Below, one piece after another: positions 38,963-53,800 of a DNA stretch of 64,000 nt. Each line of letters begins with the position of its first letter. Positions within the stretch are counted from its first letter, which is position 1. Source of the DNA: Tubiluchus corallicola. Taxonomy: Eukaryota > Animalia > Priapulida. The stretch is from positions 930,001-994,000 of the forward strand of contig JAQGDQ010000015.1 in assembly GCA_030141605.1 (NCBI GenBank), written 5' to 3'. The position numbers and the translations under genes were made by a program. The notes below the pieces were generated by a model. The model did no database searches. It was not told where the DNA came from and saw only the letters and a list, made by a program, of their open reading frames with translations.

Positions 38963-40585
38963 TGTGGGCTTAAAGTCTTAAATTGCAATCAATTAATTAT
39001 TGTCTAAATTTTTTATGTTACCAGTTTAATTATTGCACGTTCACCAGTTGGTTTAGACATAAGCCTTAATTTGTATAAAATTTATGCACTTTTATCCCTT
39101 GTGGTTTATTGTATGAAGTTTTTAACTTTTTATTTATATCGTGTTGTGCTCATTTGGACTGAAATAATAGTTATGATAATAATAATATTAACTATTATCA
39201 TGGTATGGCTTTGACAAAGTAACTATATGTTGAGATGTTATTTTGATGACTTTATTGTGTTTTATCAAGTATGTTTAACCTGTTTTAAAGTTAAATAAAT
39301 AAAACATGGAATATAAGATAATAATGTAATGCTCTAAATATGTTGTCAACTTCATCAATGTCGCTTTTATTGATTTACATAATAATCTTGTAGAAAGTTA
39401 ATTACTCTATATAAATCATCAAATATTTGGTAATTGAACTCACGACTTATCAATCCTGTATTGGCTGACAGTTTACAGTATTTATTACTCCACATTCAGG
39501 GAGAAACAATAAATTATACAATTCACAGGAGAGTACAGTTCATGTTATACAACTAATAGCAAGTTCAGTCTCTGTACTACCTCAACAAGCTTTTAACCAT
39601 TGGTTTAAAGTACTACAAATGAATAGAGGAGAGTTTCTGTGCAGGCATGATTGTGTTTTTAGTAACCAGTGGAGCTTAGCTGAAATTTCGTGCATGGGGG
39701 ATTTCTTTTAAGCTAACTACCGACAGCTGAAGGCCATTCAGGCTATGTGGTTGGAATGGTGTCTGCTGGTGCGGCATGACTTTGTTGATCATGAAACATG
39801 TTTCAGATAATAGACAATAGTTAATTTGCCTGTACATAAACAAGTGAGGATGGCTTGAATTCTGGAATAGATTGCATATTTTTTATGGATGCATTACATA
39901 TGCATGTGCAATTTACATCATTGTCGAAATGTTAAATTGATTTATTTTAACATACTGGTTTGTATGTTAAACTTGTTTTTGCTCGATTTGCACAGAATTG
40001 ATAAGTTCTATGCAGAAATGATAAAAAGTCAAAATTGATTATGTTGGTTCATACGTAGAGCTAACTGAAATCTTGTTCTTTTTTGCAGCTAATAAGGTTT
40101 TTGCAGCAGCCAGAGTGAGAAACATGTAAAGGTTACACAAGGATATTTAAGGCATGTTGCATGTTTACCACATGGTTGATGTTTGTGTAACAGAACAATT
40201 TTGAGATTAAAGTCCTTAAAGTTTCTGGGGTGAAGGTAAGTGCATTCATTTGTTTTCAATATGAGAGAGTAACTCAGATCCCATTTCTTGTTTAAATAAT
40301 CCTAATTGTAGTAAGCTACAAAATTCAAAGATGAATGTGTAGTTGATCTATCTTTCCTGATAGAAGCATGATGAGATGTATTTATAAAGAGCCCTCCTTG
40401 GCCCTAGTCACTTCTGTTATTCAGTAATTTCATTCTACATGCACTTGGGTCCTGCTTATGCTTAGAACAGACCATACAATTGAAAATAAGATAGTTACAT
40501 CTTCGTTTTTAAGTTTTTTCAATGGCATATACTATTAGTTTATAAGTCTTATATCTTTTTGGTAGGAGGGACGTTTATCAAAATA

Positions 40586-43500
40586 ATGGGGCAGCTACCA
40601 GAAGCTGCCGGAGATGCTCCCGAGGCAGACAAGATTGAACAGCCACCAGAAATGCAGAGCATGATCAATGCTGAAGAAACAAAAGCCAAAAAATCACCTC
40701 CACTTGAAGCAGTAAGATGCAGAAAAGATATTGATGGAGGTTATGCTTGGGTGATAATGTGCTGTGCAGCGGCCCAGCTATTTGTTATGTTCTTTGTACT
40801 AAATCTATTTGGAATATTATTTGTGGAGTTATATGAATACTTTAATGCTAAAAAGGGTACCATCGCTTGGATTGGTTCATGTCAGACAGCGACTGTGTTT
40901 CTCATAGGTAGGTCATTTTTTGCTAAATGAAAAATTATAATTACAATAGTAATTGTCTTGTATTAGAATTGTGCAACAACATATTGTTGTGCAATTCTAA
41001 CCAAATCCATTGACAAAACTAAGAGGAATGTTATGCAGCAAAAATTGATCATGCGGTGTTAAAAATGATTTTACACACTAGACATCCGTGGTAAAAAATT
41101 CGCATGCTTGGCATAACTATATAAATCTGGTCTTAAAGTCTATATTAGTATGGAAATTTTTCCTTGCTGTTTTAAACTGAGATATAAAGTATAAACTGAT
41201 CAGTATCAATAGATCTCATCAGTCAGTCTTTTACAAGTTTGCTGGTCTTTGTTTTAATTTAATTTACTGTTATTTCTTTCACATTCAGGGCCATTTAGTA
41301 ATCTCATTACGCAGAGAATTGGTGTTCGTCAAACTATGATGCTTGGTGGCATTTTAGCTGCCATTGGTCAGACAGCTTCGTGCTTTGCTACTGATCAGTA
41401 CTTTTTATTTTTCACATATGGGCTAATAACAGGTAAAGCATTCTTACTGTAACTTTACTGTAAAACCAGTTTTTGCTAAACTAGGATCGTTCTAGTTTAT
41501 AGTACATTTTGCTCACTTTTCTTATTCTTGCACTTATTGTTGATTGCTGAATAATTAATAATGCTTATAAGAGGCACCAGAAAATGATTACCTTCATCTG
41601 TACAGAAGAAACAGAAAAGAATAGATAAGAAATACATGTTAACATCTAGTATTGTCATTATTTGCAGTTCTATAGGCCATAAGTAGATATGCATACGATT
41701 TGTGTTGATTTTTGTTAATGAAAAAGGTGCATGACTCATTTCTTTAAGAACTTTATTGATTTTTAATATCTGGCAATCAAACATATGTAATGAAAAAACA
41801 GATTAAATAAGAAATATTACTTTACATTTACTTGTGACAACTTTTAAATATAGCAGGGGCTATCGTTTCCTGACATCCTGTTGCATAGTTATGTGCTATA
41901 ATAACTAAAACACGTTTTTTGGTATTCTAGGGATGGGGCTAGGCATATCTCATTTACCAGCAGTCTATTCACTTGGGCTTTATTTTGAAGCAAAACGATA
42001 TCAAATGACAGCCTTGTCATTTGCAATAGGAGCAACAGCTGTAACATTTTCTGGGCCATTAACAAACAAGTTAATAGAGTATTTTGCTTGGCGTGGAACT
42101 TTGCTAATCACGGCTGGCTTTTGCCTCCAGATAGTTGTGGCAGGTGCATTAAACCGACCTATTAAGACCGACCAACCTAAAGAACAACTGACGTTGAAAG
42201 GCATTTTCTCGTTTCACTTGTTAAAAGAGTCAAAGATGGCCTTTTACACATTGAACACATTTCTGTGGGCAACATCGCTGATGATCGTGCTAGTTCTGGC
42301 AATAGACTTAGCTGTTTCAAAAGGAATTCCTCGCCAAAAAGCAGCTTGGACGCTGACTACGTTGGGTGTGTGCACCGTAACTGTCCGCCTAGTTATTGCT
42401 GCAATTGGACATGTTCCACATGCCACACGGTGGTTGTTTAATATAAGTAAGTGCTGCATATTAAGAATTGCTTGTATATGCAGGCTGGGGCACTAAGAGC
42501 ATTATTTACATCACTGAATATATAGAGGGTATCATGCATAAGTAATCAGTATTTTTCTTCTTTTTTCATCAAGTAATGGATAAAGTTTCTATACCTTGTA
42601 GGCCTATACATCCTTAAATTGGGTCTTAGCTCAAATTCTATGCTGCTGCATTTTCAAGATCAAGCTTTAGCAATTTAAGTAAAATCTAGCATGAAAGTTG
42701 TGTCTTTCCCCATATGTAACCTTTTGTCTCACATTGGAACTAACTTGTTATGTTAATAATATTATACAAATGGTACACAGTAGAATTTGATAAATAATAT
42801 TCATTGTAATTGGTATATACTTTGAATATTCTCAACAGGTGGTGTTTTACATGGAGCTTGTGGTGTATTCCTGCTTTTGTCCAACAGCATTATTGCTTTT
42901 CACATTCTTATGGGTTTGTTTGGAATGGCCTATGGAATCAAGATAGCTGTCCTTGCTTCTCTTACGATGGAAATGTTTGGAATGCGGTATTTTCTTGCTG
43001 TCTATGGCTTTCAGATGTTTGCATCCGGATTTGGCGGCTTGTTGGGAACTCCATTTGCTGGTAAGTAATGGCAATAGTTATAACACCTACAGCTCAAGAG
43101 ACTAATGCAAAGAGATTTCATTGCGCTTGGTTGGTTTATGTTTTACAATTTGATCTATCTATTTTTTAACCATTAGTAGTGTCACACGGCATCGTTTTAA
43201 GAGGGAATTAGTCATATAATTTCAGCTTTAGTTTTTAGTTAAAGTAGCAAAAGCAAATATAATTTTATTCTTTCAGGTTGCCTCTGTGTTGAATTATAAT
43301 TAGTGTTCGATCTGAGGACTGGCAAAGAAAATTTATTTTAAGCTTATTGAGTTGCTTTACATTTCTGTAATTGTACGCCTTTTTTAAAACCCAAGCTACA
43401 CTTGGCCAGTTGGCTTTGGTATATGTGAGGTAGAAATTATTCAATTTCCTACTGGCAAGTTATGTTCCCTCATAGACTCTTAGTGTAAAGACTGACTTCC

Positions 43501-44929
43501 TTTAGACCTGTGAATTTTGCATCTGGTGGTATTTTGTAATTTATTCTGTGAAAATATATGACGTCTAGAATTTTAGGTAGAGCAGTTTGGTTCGGCAGTG
43601 TTCTATTGTGAAACGTTTTCATTTTTGTCTTGAAATAACATATCTCATTGAACAAACAAAAAAGCTGTAAAGGTTTATTAGGTAAGTTAAACATTACACT
43701 TTGTTGCTGCATAAGCATGTTGGAGCCTCGTCATTTTCAGTTCAAGGACATGCAGCGGTATGAAAAGCATGATGTTAAACTGTGACTACACTCATATCTC
43801 GGTTTGCCGGTCAAAAGCGGGGAGACGTCGGTTCGAATTTGCTTATTGTCTGTATTTACCGATAATAAGCTAATAGTAGACACTTGTATTAGACTCACGG
43901 TAATGCGGAATCAATCGCTTAATTGTCGCAAAAACGTCTAGTACGGGCTGTTCCTGACATACAAGCTACACATGTATCATTACACCTGGCTTGTTGCTCT
44001 GATGTAAACAAAGTGACTGCCTGTCAATTAGCGGTCAGCTCGCGAAACAACAGGCCGTGTCCATAGTATGCGGGACTTTTAGCGCTCCAGATTTTGTCCA
44101 ACTTTTCCAATATCTGTAAACGTGAGGTCCTGCAAATTGAGGTATGAGTATATGCTGCTTAATTCCTGTACAAAATTTTCTTACTCATCTAATAGGTTGC
44201 TGTATTAAGCCGTTCTAGTCACTGCTTTAATGGAATATGTTCTTGCGACTTTTCATTCATCGTTGGCTTCTATGTATTGACAGTTTGCTATGATTTCTCT
44301 GTCTGCCGCCACTTTTTGTGTTTTATTATGGACATTTCCAGTGGCAAACCGTTTATTAGTCTACTATTTCCCTTTATAGTAGGTTAATATATAAAATAAA
44401 TTGCAGATTTATGCCAGGCTGTTCAAAATTGCTCTGAAATTGTCAGTTAGCTACATACTAAATTAAACTTTGATATGAAAAACTTTTCTCAAAATAGCTG
44501 GGAGAACAAATAAATGCATAAATTTATAAGTTTTAAGAGATGAGGACATTGCCAAGTAACTGTATCACTAAACCTGAGAAGTAATATTAGTTGCACATGT
44601 TAAAAATTATTCGACATACTTTTGAAAGCGGCAAGGTGCATATTGGCAGAATTTTACAGGAAAGTACAGTAGCTGTGGCGAAAAGAAACAAAGAGATGAC
44701 ATTGTTAGAACAATGCAGATTTTTAATTTGTTTGTTAGGTTGGACATTTGACAAGACTGGCAACTATCTGATTGGTTTCCTGACATCTGGAGTTACAGCA
44801 TGGCTTGCCTGCATTATGTTTTTTATTGCCGTACATATAGAAAAGAAAGAGCACAAGAAGCGTAAGACAATCGAAGATATGGAAAAAGCTCATGAACTTG
44901 GTCCACTTTCTCATGAGCTGCTAGCGTAA
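40586..44929 (+). CDS. Monocarboxylate transporter family (SLC16, MFS) protein, 464 aa
   Basis: Exons 40586-40907, 41289-41432, 41931-42446, 42839-43060, 44739-44929; all GT-AG, all phase 1; DGGYAWVI TM1 signature, YFEAKR, YFAWRGTLLI, DKTGNY. Confidence 0.92.
43789..44150. mobile_element. Tc1/mariner-like MITE in the last SLC16 intron
   Basis: Imperfect TIR CACTCATATCTCGGTTTGC / TACTCATACCTCAATTTGC, TA flanks; second copy at about 16833. Confidence 0.75.
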
Positions 44930-45606
44930 GTAGGCTTACCAAATATATATATGTAGATTTTGCCTTCCCGATTTATTGGTAATAGTATGTTGCCACTTTG
45001 AAGGTACGTGGAACTACAACAGTTAGACAAAACTTGATCATGGGTATTTATTGTTACAATTATAGTTATTATACATAATCATGATTGCGCCATTTTGCAC
45101 AACTCACCTTTTCAGTAGGTTATTGCTTCTGAGTTAGAGCATTAGAAGCTCAAGTTTATATGCTGTTGCTCTCACTTTTTTGCACATTTCACTTGTACAT
45201 TTATCATTTTTTGTATTTGTACCAATTCAATATCCATGTTTTATTCTAGGGAGCAGACTACACAGGTGTGAATGAGTTATGATAGCCTGTGCCGGTGTGA
45301 ATGGCTCTAATGTTTGAGTGTGGCTAGCTTATAGCTGAACAGGCACAGCTCTTATGATTGTATAGCACGGTTGCCCATTGTTTTTCATTTTGGTGATGGC
45401 ACTGTCATGGTATAATACTTGTGATATCAGATTTGGAGATTAACAACTGGGCTTTCTTATCTGGAGCATTGACACAGTTTTTTAAGTTGATTTGCTATGA
45501 TCTCTTTTTTTATAAAGTACAGCACAGACTAGTTGGAATGTTCACTGGTGTCTCTAGTTTTAATGATTTTTTTGTTTCACTGATGTTTCTTGAAGGGTAC
45601 TAACTG

Positions 45607-45757
45607 TTTTATCTCTGATTTAGTAATCTCATTTTTATATTTGATATGAAACCATCCTGAAATACTTATAAATACTCTTGCTTTTTTATCTCTGATTTAG
45701 TAATTCTTATTTCTGTATTTGATATGAAACCACTCTGAAATACATGGCGTTATAAAT
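45607..45757. repeat. Two-copy tandem duplication, period about 78 bp
   Basis: TTTATCTCTGATTTAGTAAT...TATTTGATATGAAACCA...CTGAAATAC repeated with few mismatches. Confidence 0.85.
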
Positions 45758-45771
45758 AATCTCTCCATTAA

Positions 45772-46315
45772 AGGAAAATCGGACGATTGCATAAACATTA
45801 GTTCATAATAAAGAATGCTCTAAAATCTTGAAACTATAATAGTTTTTTTAAATCAATGCTTATATTATATAATAATTTCCTCGGATTCTCAAATTTTGTT
45901 AACTTTCAAAGCTATGTGCGGCTCAGTGAATTTACTGAGATTGGCAACAGTGCCTTTTTGTCCCATTCAGGTGGCCAACAAATAGAAAGCGGTACCGTGA
46001 TAACCATTATCAAGAACTGCAGTGTTAGTTTCTGACGTCATGTGACGTAAAACCTATTTTCGTGACATCACGCGTTTAAGCAGTAATACTTACGCAAACA
46101 TGCTTGATGTTCAAGGGAAGATGCCTACCTACCATTGTACAAACTGTGGTTAGTTTCTGACATAAGCAATAGCTGTGTTCGGTTGCCGTTAATCAACTTT
46201 CTAAGCTAATTGTTTAAATATAAGAAACAATTGCTAACTTTTATAGGCAAGGAAATGTATATTTTGGCTAGTAAATTAAAATCAGATTGAGTCTAAACAA
46301 TTGCCCGGTTTTCCT
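45772..46315. mobile_element. Kolobok-like MITE
   Basis: TTAA TSD at both ends; TIR AGGAAAATCGGACGATTG / AGGAAAACCGGGCAATTG (15/18). Confidence 0.75.
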
Positions 46316-46937
46316 TTAAAAAGAATAATCGGTGAATTTTGAACTGTGTTTAAAAATGTAGAAATAAATTATTATAATTTTGCTCTTTTGAAAAGTTTGT
46401 ATCAGTAGAAAAGAACTCTTCATTACTTAAGTAATATATGCCAACAGCCCAGTATTCACAACTAGTTCATAAAATGAAATTCTATTAAGCTTAAATAAGT
46501 AGGCTTAGTGAAATTAGTGGTATGCACGTTGCTAGCTCTTTTCACAAAACCTTAATATAGTAATAGAACTAGTTTCAATTTAATAGGTGATCAACATTAC
46601 TGTATGCACAGTTTACCATTTTAGTGTAGCTGTACTTCAAAATTTAACAATGTTTTTCTTTAGCTGTTTAGAACTTCATTGTTGCCTTTTTACCTAAATG
46701 TTTTTACAATATTTTTAAACCTCAAACTTACTTGCAAATATATATCAGTTTTAAATTTATACAGCTATAACGCATTTTAGTGAATCTCTGATATTTTGCT
46801 TATTCTAATTTCATTGTACGCATTTCTTTATGTCAAAGATATTGTGCAATTTCTAGTGGTACACTCTTCAGCTGACTATTTCTGCTGTTAGATCATTACT
46901 GTAATGACACTGAACTTCTTGTTGGCGATATTCACCA

Positions 46938-47002
46938 ATATATATATATATATGTATGTATATGTATGTATGTGTGTGTGTGTGTGTGTGTGCGTGCGTG
47001 TA
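46938..47002. repeat. Compound (TA)n(TG)n microsatellite
   Basis: Directly visible. Confidence 0.95.
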
Positions 47003-49710
47003 TGAATGGCAGTGACTTTGGATAAAAATAGTGTCTCGTTGTTAATTCCGATTATTTTTTTGGTTCTGGAAGAAAGGTCGATAAGTCGGCAATTTATCAC
47101 TTCTTTGATGAATGTAGTAGTTAATTTAGTAACTAGCTGGATAATGAGTTCTAGTAGAACCTAAAACAGAAATTGGTCTGTTTGGGCACTGTTATGTTGT
47201 AGCACATTTTATGAGTAAATGGTAGTAACTGTTGTTAGTTATGCAATAAAGCAAAATTTATTATTTTTGCGAGTTAAATTACTGCATTAAATATATCTGT
47301 GATGTACCCTATCAACAGGTCTGAAATGAATGACACATTGTTGTGAATTATTGACTTATTTGTACCCTACATGTATTCCATCTTTGCATAGATGTCAAAT
47401 ACATGAGTTATCAAATACATGAAGTGTATCATGTACAGTATCGTAAAACATTGGCTGCCTAATTATAGTTTTAGACTGAATTGCTGGTGTGGCAGTTTTT
47501 ACATCTCTTTTATATAGTAAACTCTGTTTAATTTACATAGTAAGTCAAGAATAATTTTTCTTGATAAATGCATTATAATTTTACTCAAGTACCTTGATAA
47601 AAAGTTCTGTTCCTCAGAAACCATTCAGTTCTTTATTTACATTCACATGCACACAATTATACACATACACCAAAGATATTAGATAAACATGCTTAGGTGT
47701 GCATTAAGCCATAAACGTTTGTCATTCTGTATCCTATAGCACTGTGATAAATGTGGTATAAAGTGTGGCATAAGCTCAGTGATGTGTGTATTTATATGAA
47801 ACATTCTATTGTGCGAGTGTACAAAGTTGTTATGGTCTAGTATCAGTTATTACATGTATTATAGTTCTGAACTGATGCATAATAAACAATAGAGATGGAA
47901 ATATAGATATTGCTTTACTGTACATATAGATTACTTAGTTGTAGGTTTGCTTATTTGTGGCAGCATTTTTGTCATTTTCACATTGAAGAGCTGGTTGTTT
48001 TGACTTTTTTCTGACTATATGTATTAGATCTGTACTTCAGACTTCAGCCTGACTTGAGAAAATGTAGTAGCTATATAACGAAGTTAATGAAGTTGAAATT
48101 AATAAGCCATTGTTAAATCCCCAAATAGCTTTGCTCTCGAAAAATTAGGCTATTCAGTAATGTAATTTTTAGTATCATCAATAATATTTGCATTTGTGTT
48201 ATACTTAGGCTCTCTGAACGTAGAAATCTAGTAGATGTGTGGTACACTCGTCGTACTGCAACAAATTATGGCAATACGTGACATGTAGATACTGTAACTT
48301 CTAGCAAAACATAACATGTAAGTTTTAGGAACTGCATGCATTATTATGTATTACGTAGACAATATAGATGCATTGCTGGCTATGTCATTTTGATGGTGAT
48401 TATTAACAGTTATCATATGTGAGTAGGGTTAAAATTTTCGAGTGTTTGCATTCAAAGCAGAGCAAATGTAATTTTCAGATTTGTTAAACTGTGATAATAA
48501 AAGTTACTGTAGTTTTCGATTTAATAAGTTTCCAGTCTTCATGAGAATGGGCTTTTACAGGGAGCCAGTATTTTCAATATTTTGCACTTATATTTCGAGC
48601 AAATGGCAAATTTCTTTGTTGCACGCCATGGTACGAGGAATCTCATACATGATATGTTTAGTAATCTCATAATAAATATAATCAATTCAATGTATGTCAA
48701 GTTTATTATTTTGATGTTTGAATTGTTGATGTTGTTTATGTTATTGTATATTTAATGTTCTCATTTGTGAAGTGTACATACAACATAGAGTTTTTCGATA
48801 TAGTATTTGGTAAAACAAAATAATTTGTTCTTTTTGGATGTGTTATACAGAAAATCAAATAAATTTTATCAAACTAGGTGTCAGTTTGTTCTAATTTTGC
48901 ATTTGCATAACATTCAACGTTAACAAATATAACATTAAATAAACTGGTAGTGAGCCAATCAGCGGCTTTGTTTTGTTAGCAAATTGAGAACTTGTACCTC
49001 TACCATGTATCATTGTAAGTACTTATCAGCCATTAATCTATCACCACATTTCATTTTTACATATGTACACATGAAACATAGATTATGTTTTTTATATAAA
49101 TGAGGTATGTAACAAAAAAAACAACACCACTACATGCACGATTAAAAAACAACTTGTGTTTCTAGCACATGTCTGAAGCTTAAAAGCAATTTAATAATTT
49201 CATGCTGATCATGAAACAGATCGTCAATGTTGTCACGTTTACCTTATTCCCTGAATGACAAGACTGAAAGTACTGTTAGCTTAAGTACCACACAGGCAAA
49301 TTAGTCCTGAATGAGACATTATAGTATCATTTAATTATGCATTAGTAAAATTTTACAACAAATATCAACAGTGTATGTAAGGGTTTGATCAGCATTCAAG
49401 CAAACATATGCCTGACTTTAAGAAATAAAAGGAATTTTAAAAGTTCATAATGATGTTGAGAGTTCACATTGAAATCCATTTTGTCAGTTTAACTTTTTTG
49501 ACAGTGGTTTAGGCTTCAAATGCAAATCGTCTATATTTTACTTGCATGTATCAGTTAGGTATCTCAAAATCATTTTATGTTATCTCAAAATCACTAGTAA
49601 TTAAGGTTTTGCTGTAGCACTGCCATAGCAAAATCTTACTGTTTTTCATTGTTCTTTATTTATTTATTTTCTGCAAATTTAACATTTACTAACTTGTAAG
49701 CCTTGCAAGC

Positions 49711-50520
49711 TAGGGTTACCAAGCTCATAGGGTTGGCAACCCTGGACGGGGAACGAACAACAGTATGGTGACCACTTACCACTGGTAAAATTGGGAAAGG
49801 GCAGTCGGGATCGGTCAGTTTTTCTTTTAGGATGCATTTCTTCCCAGGGTTTTTGGTTTTTTCCAATTTTTTTTCACAAGTATTTGGGCACTGTGGGTCG
49901 AAATGCAAAATTTGGGGTCCCTTCAGTTGGTGACCTTTTACATGCTAAGGGCTAGCAACACAAAACGCAAAGGGCACACTCTCTCGGCAAAGTTATCCAA
50001 GTATACATGTGACTCGAGTTGCCAGGTCAAAGGTTACGGAGCGGGGAGGTCTTCATTTATTTTTCTTTATGATCCATCTACTCCCACAGTTTTTCAGCTA
50101 GGGCCATAATATTTGGTATGTTGCTAGGTGGGGTCATGGCCTTGCATATCACAAAATATGCGGCATGTGCATACAGGAAAATTTGCAACAAAAACCGAAA
50201 AATGGGGGTCGGGAACAGAAACGCACCGAGTACTGAGCAGTGGTACTTTGTAGCATATCAAATGAAAGGTCTTGGTGAGGCAGATCGAATGGCATAGGTT
50301 ACAATGAGAATAGTTAACCTGCGACCCCCCAGGGGGCAAAATAGGGGTCGAGAAGACAAATGCCTTTCAGTGATAACAGAAACTAGCTTGTAGTAAATCA
50401 AGTGAAAGGTCTCAATGAGACAAATTGAATGTATAAGTTATGCCATGATTGGTTGACATCTGACCCTTGGGTCATGGGTTAAAAAGTCGCAAGTTGCGAT
50501 TTCGTTGTGAAGCGCAGTTC
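49711..50520. mobile_element. Putative Helentron-associated non-autonomous element (HINE-like)
   Basis: Terminal stem-loop AGGGTTACCAA...TTGGCAACCCT and about 140-bp-spaced internal repeats ATCAAATGAAAGGTCT / ATCAAGTGAAAGGTCT; right boundary uncertain. Confidence 0.45.
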
Positions 50521-50845
50521 CCATGTAATCAAGCAACAATGCAAATTCAATAAAATCTAAATTACGATTTTCTAACAAAAGACAGCATCTTTACAAGGTC
50601 TGATTCTGTAATTATTGTTTGTAAAATCTTCAGTTTCCGACCACGTCAGAAACATCAGAAACTAGTTTTAAATTGGAATTTATGATGTTGAAACATGACC
50701 TTGAAATCTATTTTGTCAGGTTGTTTTACTTTCTGAAAATTGGTTTCAAATGCAATTCAGCAAAATTTCACTTCCACGTATTCTATAAATCATCTCAGGA
50801 TCATAGTACAACTTGAGGGAAAAAAGAACACAAATAAATATCTTG

Positions 50846-53800
50846 TTATAAATGCACGTCTTTTAAACCTATGTTCATTGTGTCCTTGAATGCCCAGCAA
50901 ATGCAATAATGTAGCAAGAGTTGCCGAAAAACCTCAACATCATCCAAAAATTCTAACTTCTGCATTCTCTCAATGTCAACTCTAGGAAGATTTTCATACA
51001 CCCGCATCATGTCCCAAACCTGAGCATCATCCCATCCTCGTGAAGTAAACCTAAGCATTAAAACTAAGATTTTTCAACCAATTTAAAATGTATTGAGAAA
51101 AGCATGGTAAATATTGTGATACAGAACACTTATTAATGTGCTGGACATCACAATGTTTCCGCAAATGCAGAGCCATTAAGATTCTGTAAATTTGTTTTAC
51201 ATTTATGTAACACTACTGCTTACTAAGAACCCAGAAATGCTGAAATAACCTTGTCCACTCAATTTGGTAACTCATTGTTATAGTATCGGTGGTTCAGGTG
51301 AGTCAGAAAGCAAAATTGGGCAATATCTGTCAGCTGTTACGTTCCTTAAATTAGGAATTACTGCATAACATACATAGTCTTACCGGTCTTTTTGCATATC
51401 ACAATCAGTACAAGCAGCAGCACCAACTAAACTGCATCCACGACTCAAAAGATTCTTCAGCATCACTTCACCAAATGCATCTTTCATATTTACCTGTAAA
51501 TAATACTTCTGGTTATCCTAGGTGTCAGAAGGGAGTACATTACAAAAACCTCTGTGCATGCGTCTAATTTGGTTCAGGGATTTTAGACACCGGCTATTTT
51601 GAGATAAGCATTTCGGACATAGAGGTTATTTGGACACTGGCAATATTGACCACAAAATATTTTGTGCACACAGGTTATTTAGACACTGGCAGTTTGGACA
51701 TGTAGGTCATTTGGCCAAAGGCAATTTGCACAAATAGGTTACTTGGACACAAAAGCCATTCAGATGCATAGGACATCTAGACACAAGGCAGTTTGGACAC
51801 ATAGTTTTCATAGTATATGGGATATCCCTATGCGGCGATGGTAGGTGTGATGATTGGGATAAGTGGAAAAATGCAGCAAAATGCGATTGGTTATAGTACG
51901 TCGATTGTAACAGATACTGTGTGATTTCTTGCTGCACCTTTTTCACATTAGTTAAACCGAGAACTGCACTCTAATCGGGAAATAATGCACTACAGATTAA
52001 GGTGTTTTCTAATGATTAAGATAAAATGATGAAAATTGGAAAAGAAGTTTTTCGTGGAAATTTTTTTCCACAAATTATTAAAACGGGCAATTGTTAGTTC
52101 ACACTGTATGGCATGTGATGAATTATTTTGCATGACCACTTTCATTACAGTTATAGTCGTCGTATGCTGACTTCTTCAAGTACAAAGTCCTGGAAAACAA
52201 TGAGCATGGCTACTCTTGTGAGAACTGATCAGAATGCAACAACCAATCGATCATAGTGCAATGAACAGCTCAATTTGATATCTCTGGAACGAATGCTTAC
52301 ACTGAAACGATCAAAGTCATACAGCACTTGTTATAGCTTTTATACTCTTTTATAGGTTATGTTGTTTTGAATTTTTTATAAATGCTTTAGTGAACAAAAT
52401 TATTAAGCATGGTCAGCCAATGTTGGCAAATTCTGTTTCTCTCATGAAGAGTATGGAGTAAAAATCCCAATTTGGCACAAAGATGCATTGTTTAGCTTAA
52501 AAACAAAATATTATTCAGGCTACCTTCAACGAGAATTCCCAAATGTTAGACAGCTAATAATAGAATTAATAACTCACACATGTTTAATACCTACTCTTAG
52601 AAGTGTCGTGTGAAATGATCTTTGTGTCCAATTGACTTGTGTCCAAAGTGCCCCTATGTGTCCAAAAAAAATCAGTGCTCAAAATACCCGTGTGTCCAAA
52701 TAATCCGTGTGTCCAAAATATAGTCCGGCACCCAAAACCATTTTTGGCTGAACCCTGCATTTGCCCTGTAAGTTTTTTCTCAGCAGTTTTCTCATGTTCT
52801 GATGGTCCATTTTAAGAATATTAAGGGTAGCCCTTTGTTAGCCTTGAACATTTTGAGATTTTGGACAGAAAGAGTTACAATGGAAAAAGAATGTGCTGTG
52901 ACATACCAAAACTATTATGATTAGGCAAATGAAACTGACATTGACATAGAATTAAATTGGTAGTTTCTGACATGCAGAATTCAAAAATTGGGCTACAATA
53001 CGTACATAATGCATTATATGGGTACAATAATTATTAGTTTTTGTAATAGCTTAATGTACACTGCTGTATTAAGTTGAAGTGTGTTGTTTCGTAAAATTAT
53101 AACTGGTATAGTTTAGAAAACAGCTAGAAATTTAGACAGTTTTTTATGGAGTTTGGGAAAACCATAATAATTGCAACTACACAATTTTAGTTAACCTGCT
53201 TATCTTAGCTAGGTAAGACACCCTATTATCTCTACTTGACAAATAGCAAACAAAAGTCGCATCATAGCATTTTGGGTAGGCTATTTAAAAAAACTTGTTT
53301 TCATTATGATCTTGCTTGTATGACTGAAAGGGAAGAAAAGAGAAAGAGATAAACACTGAGTCATTATGTTTGTTGTGAAGATTCTTGAAAGAAGAACATT
53401 TCAGCTATGAGGCACGATGACAAATTGGCCTACAATTCAGGGCACATAAAAGATAGAAGCTTAAGTCGGAATAATCACTGATATTATAGACCAGTAAAGA
53501 CTATGCAAAAACTGGGAGTTTGTATAAATCCTCTAGAACCACAACAACATCCTCAGCATAGTTAGTGTTGTAAATGGATGCTTGTACTATTATCATTGAG
53601 TGCAGTCAATTTGGTAATATAGGTAGTGCAGTATAACAATACTTTGAAAACAAATGGTTGCAAGGGTCTACGAGACAATCTCAATGATGACATGGCATTG
53701 ATGAAGTCCCATACAAGTGGGATTCAGCAAAATATGAAATATTAATTTAATGTATTTAAGAGTTACAGGAATTCAACAATAACACAAAGAACAGTGAAGT

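Noticed and set aside
51580-51800. Regularly spaced short repeats resembling a CRISPR array
   Set aside because: Units are about 9 bp, degenerate, with 10-12 bp gaps, mirrored by an inverted array, in a eukaryotic intron with no cas genes.
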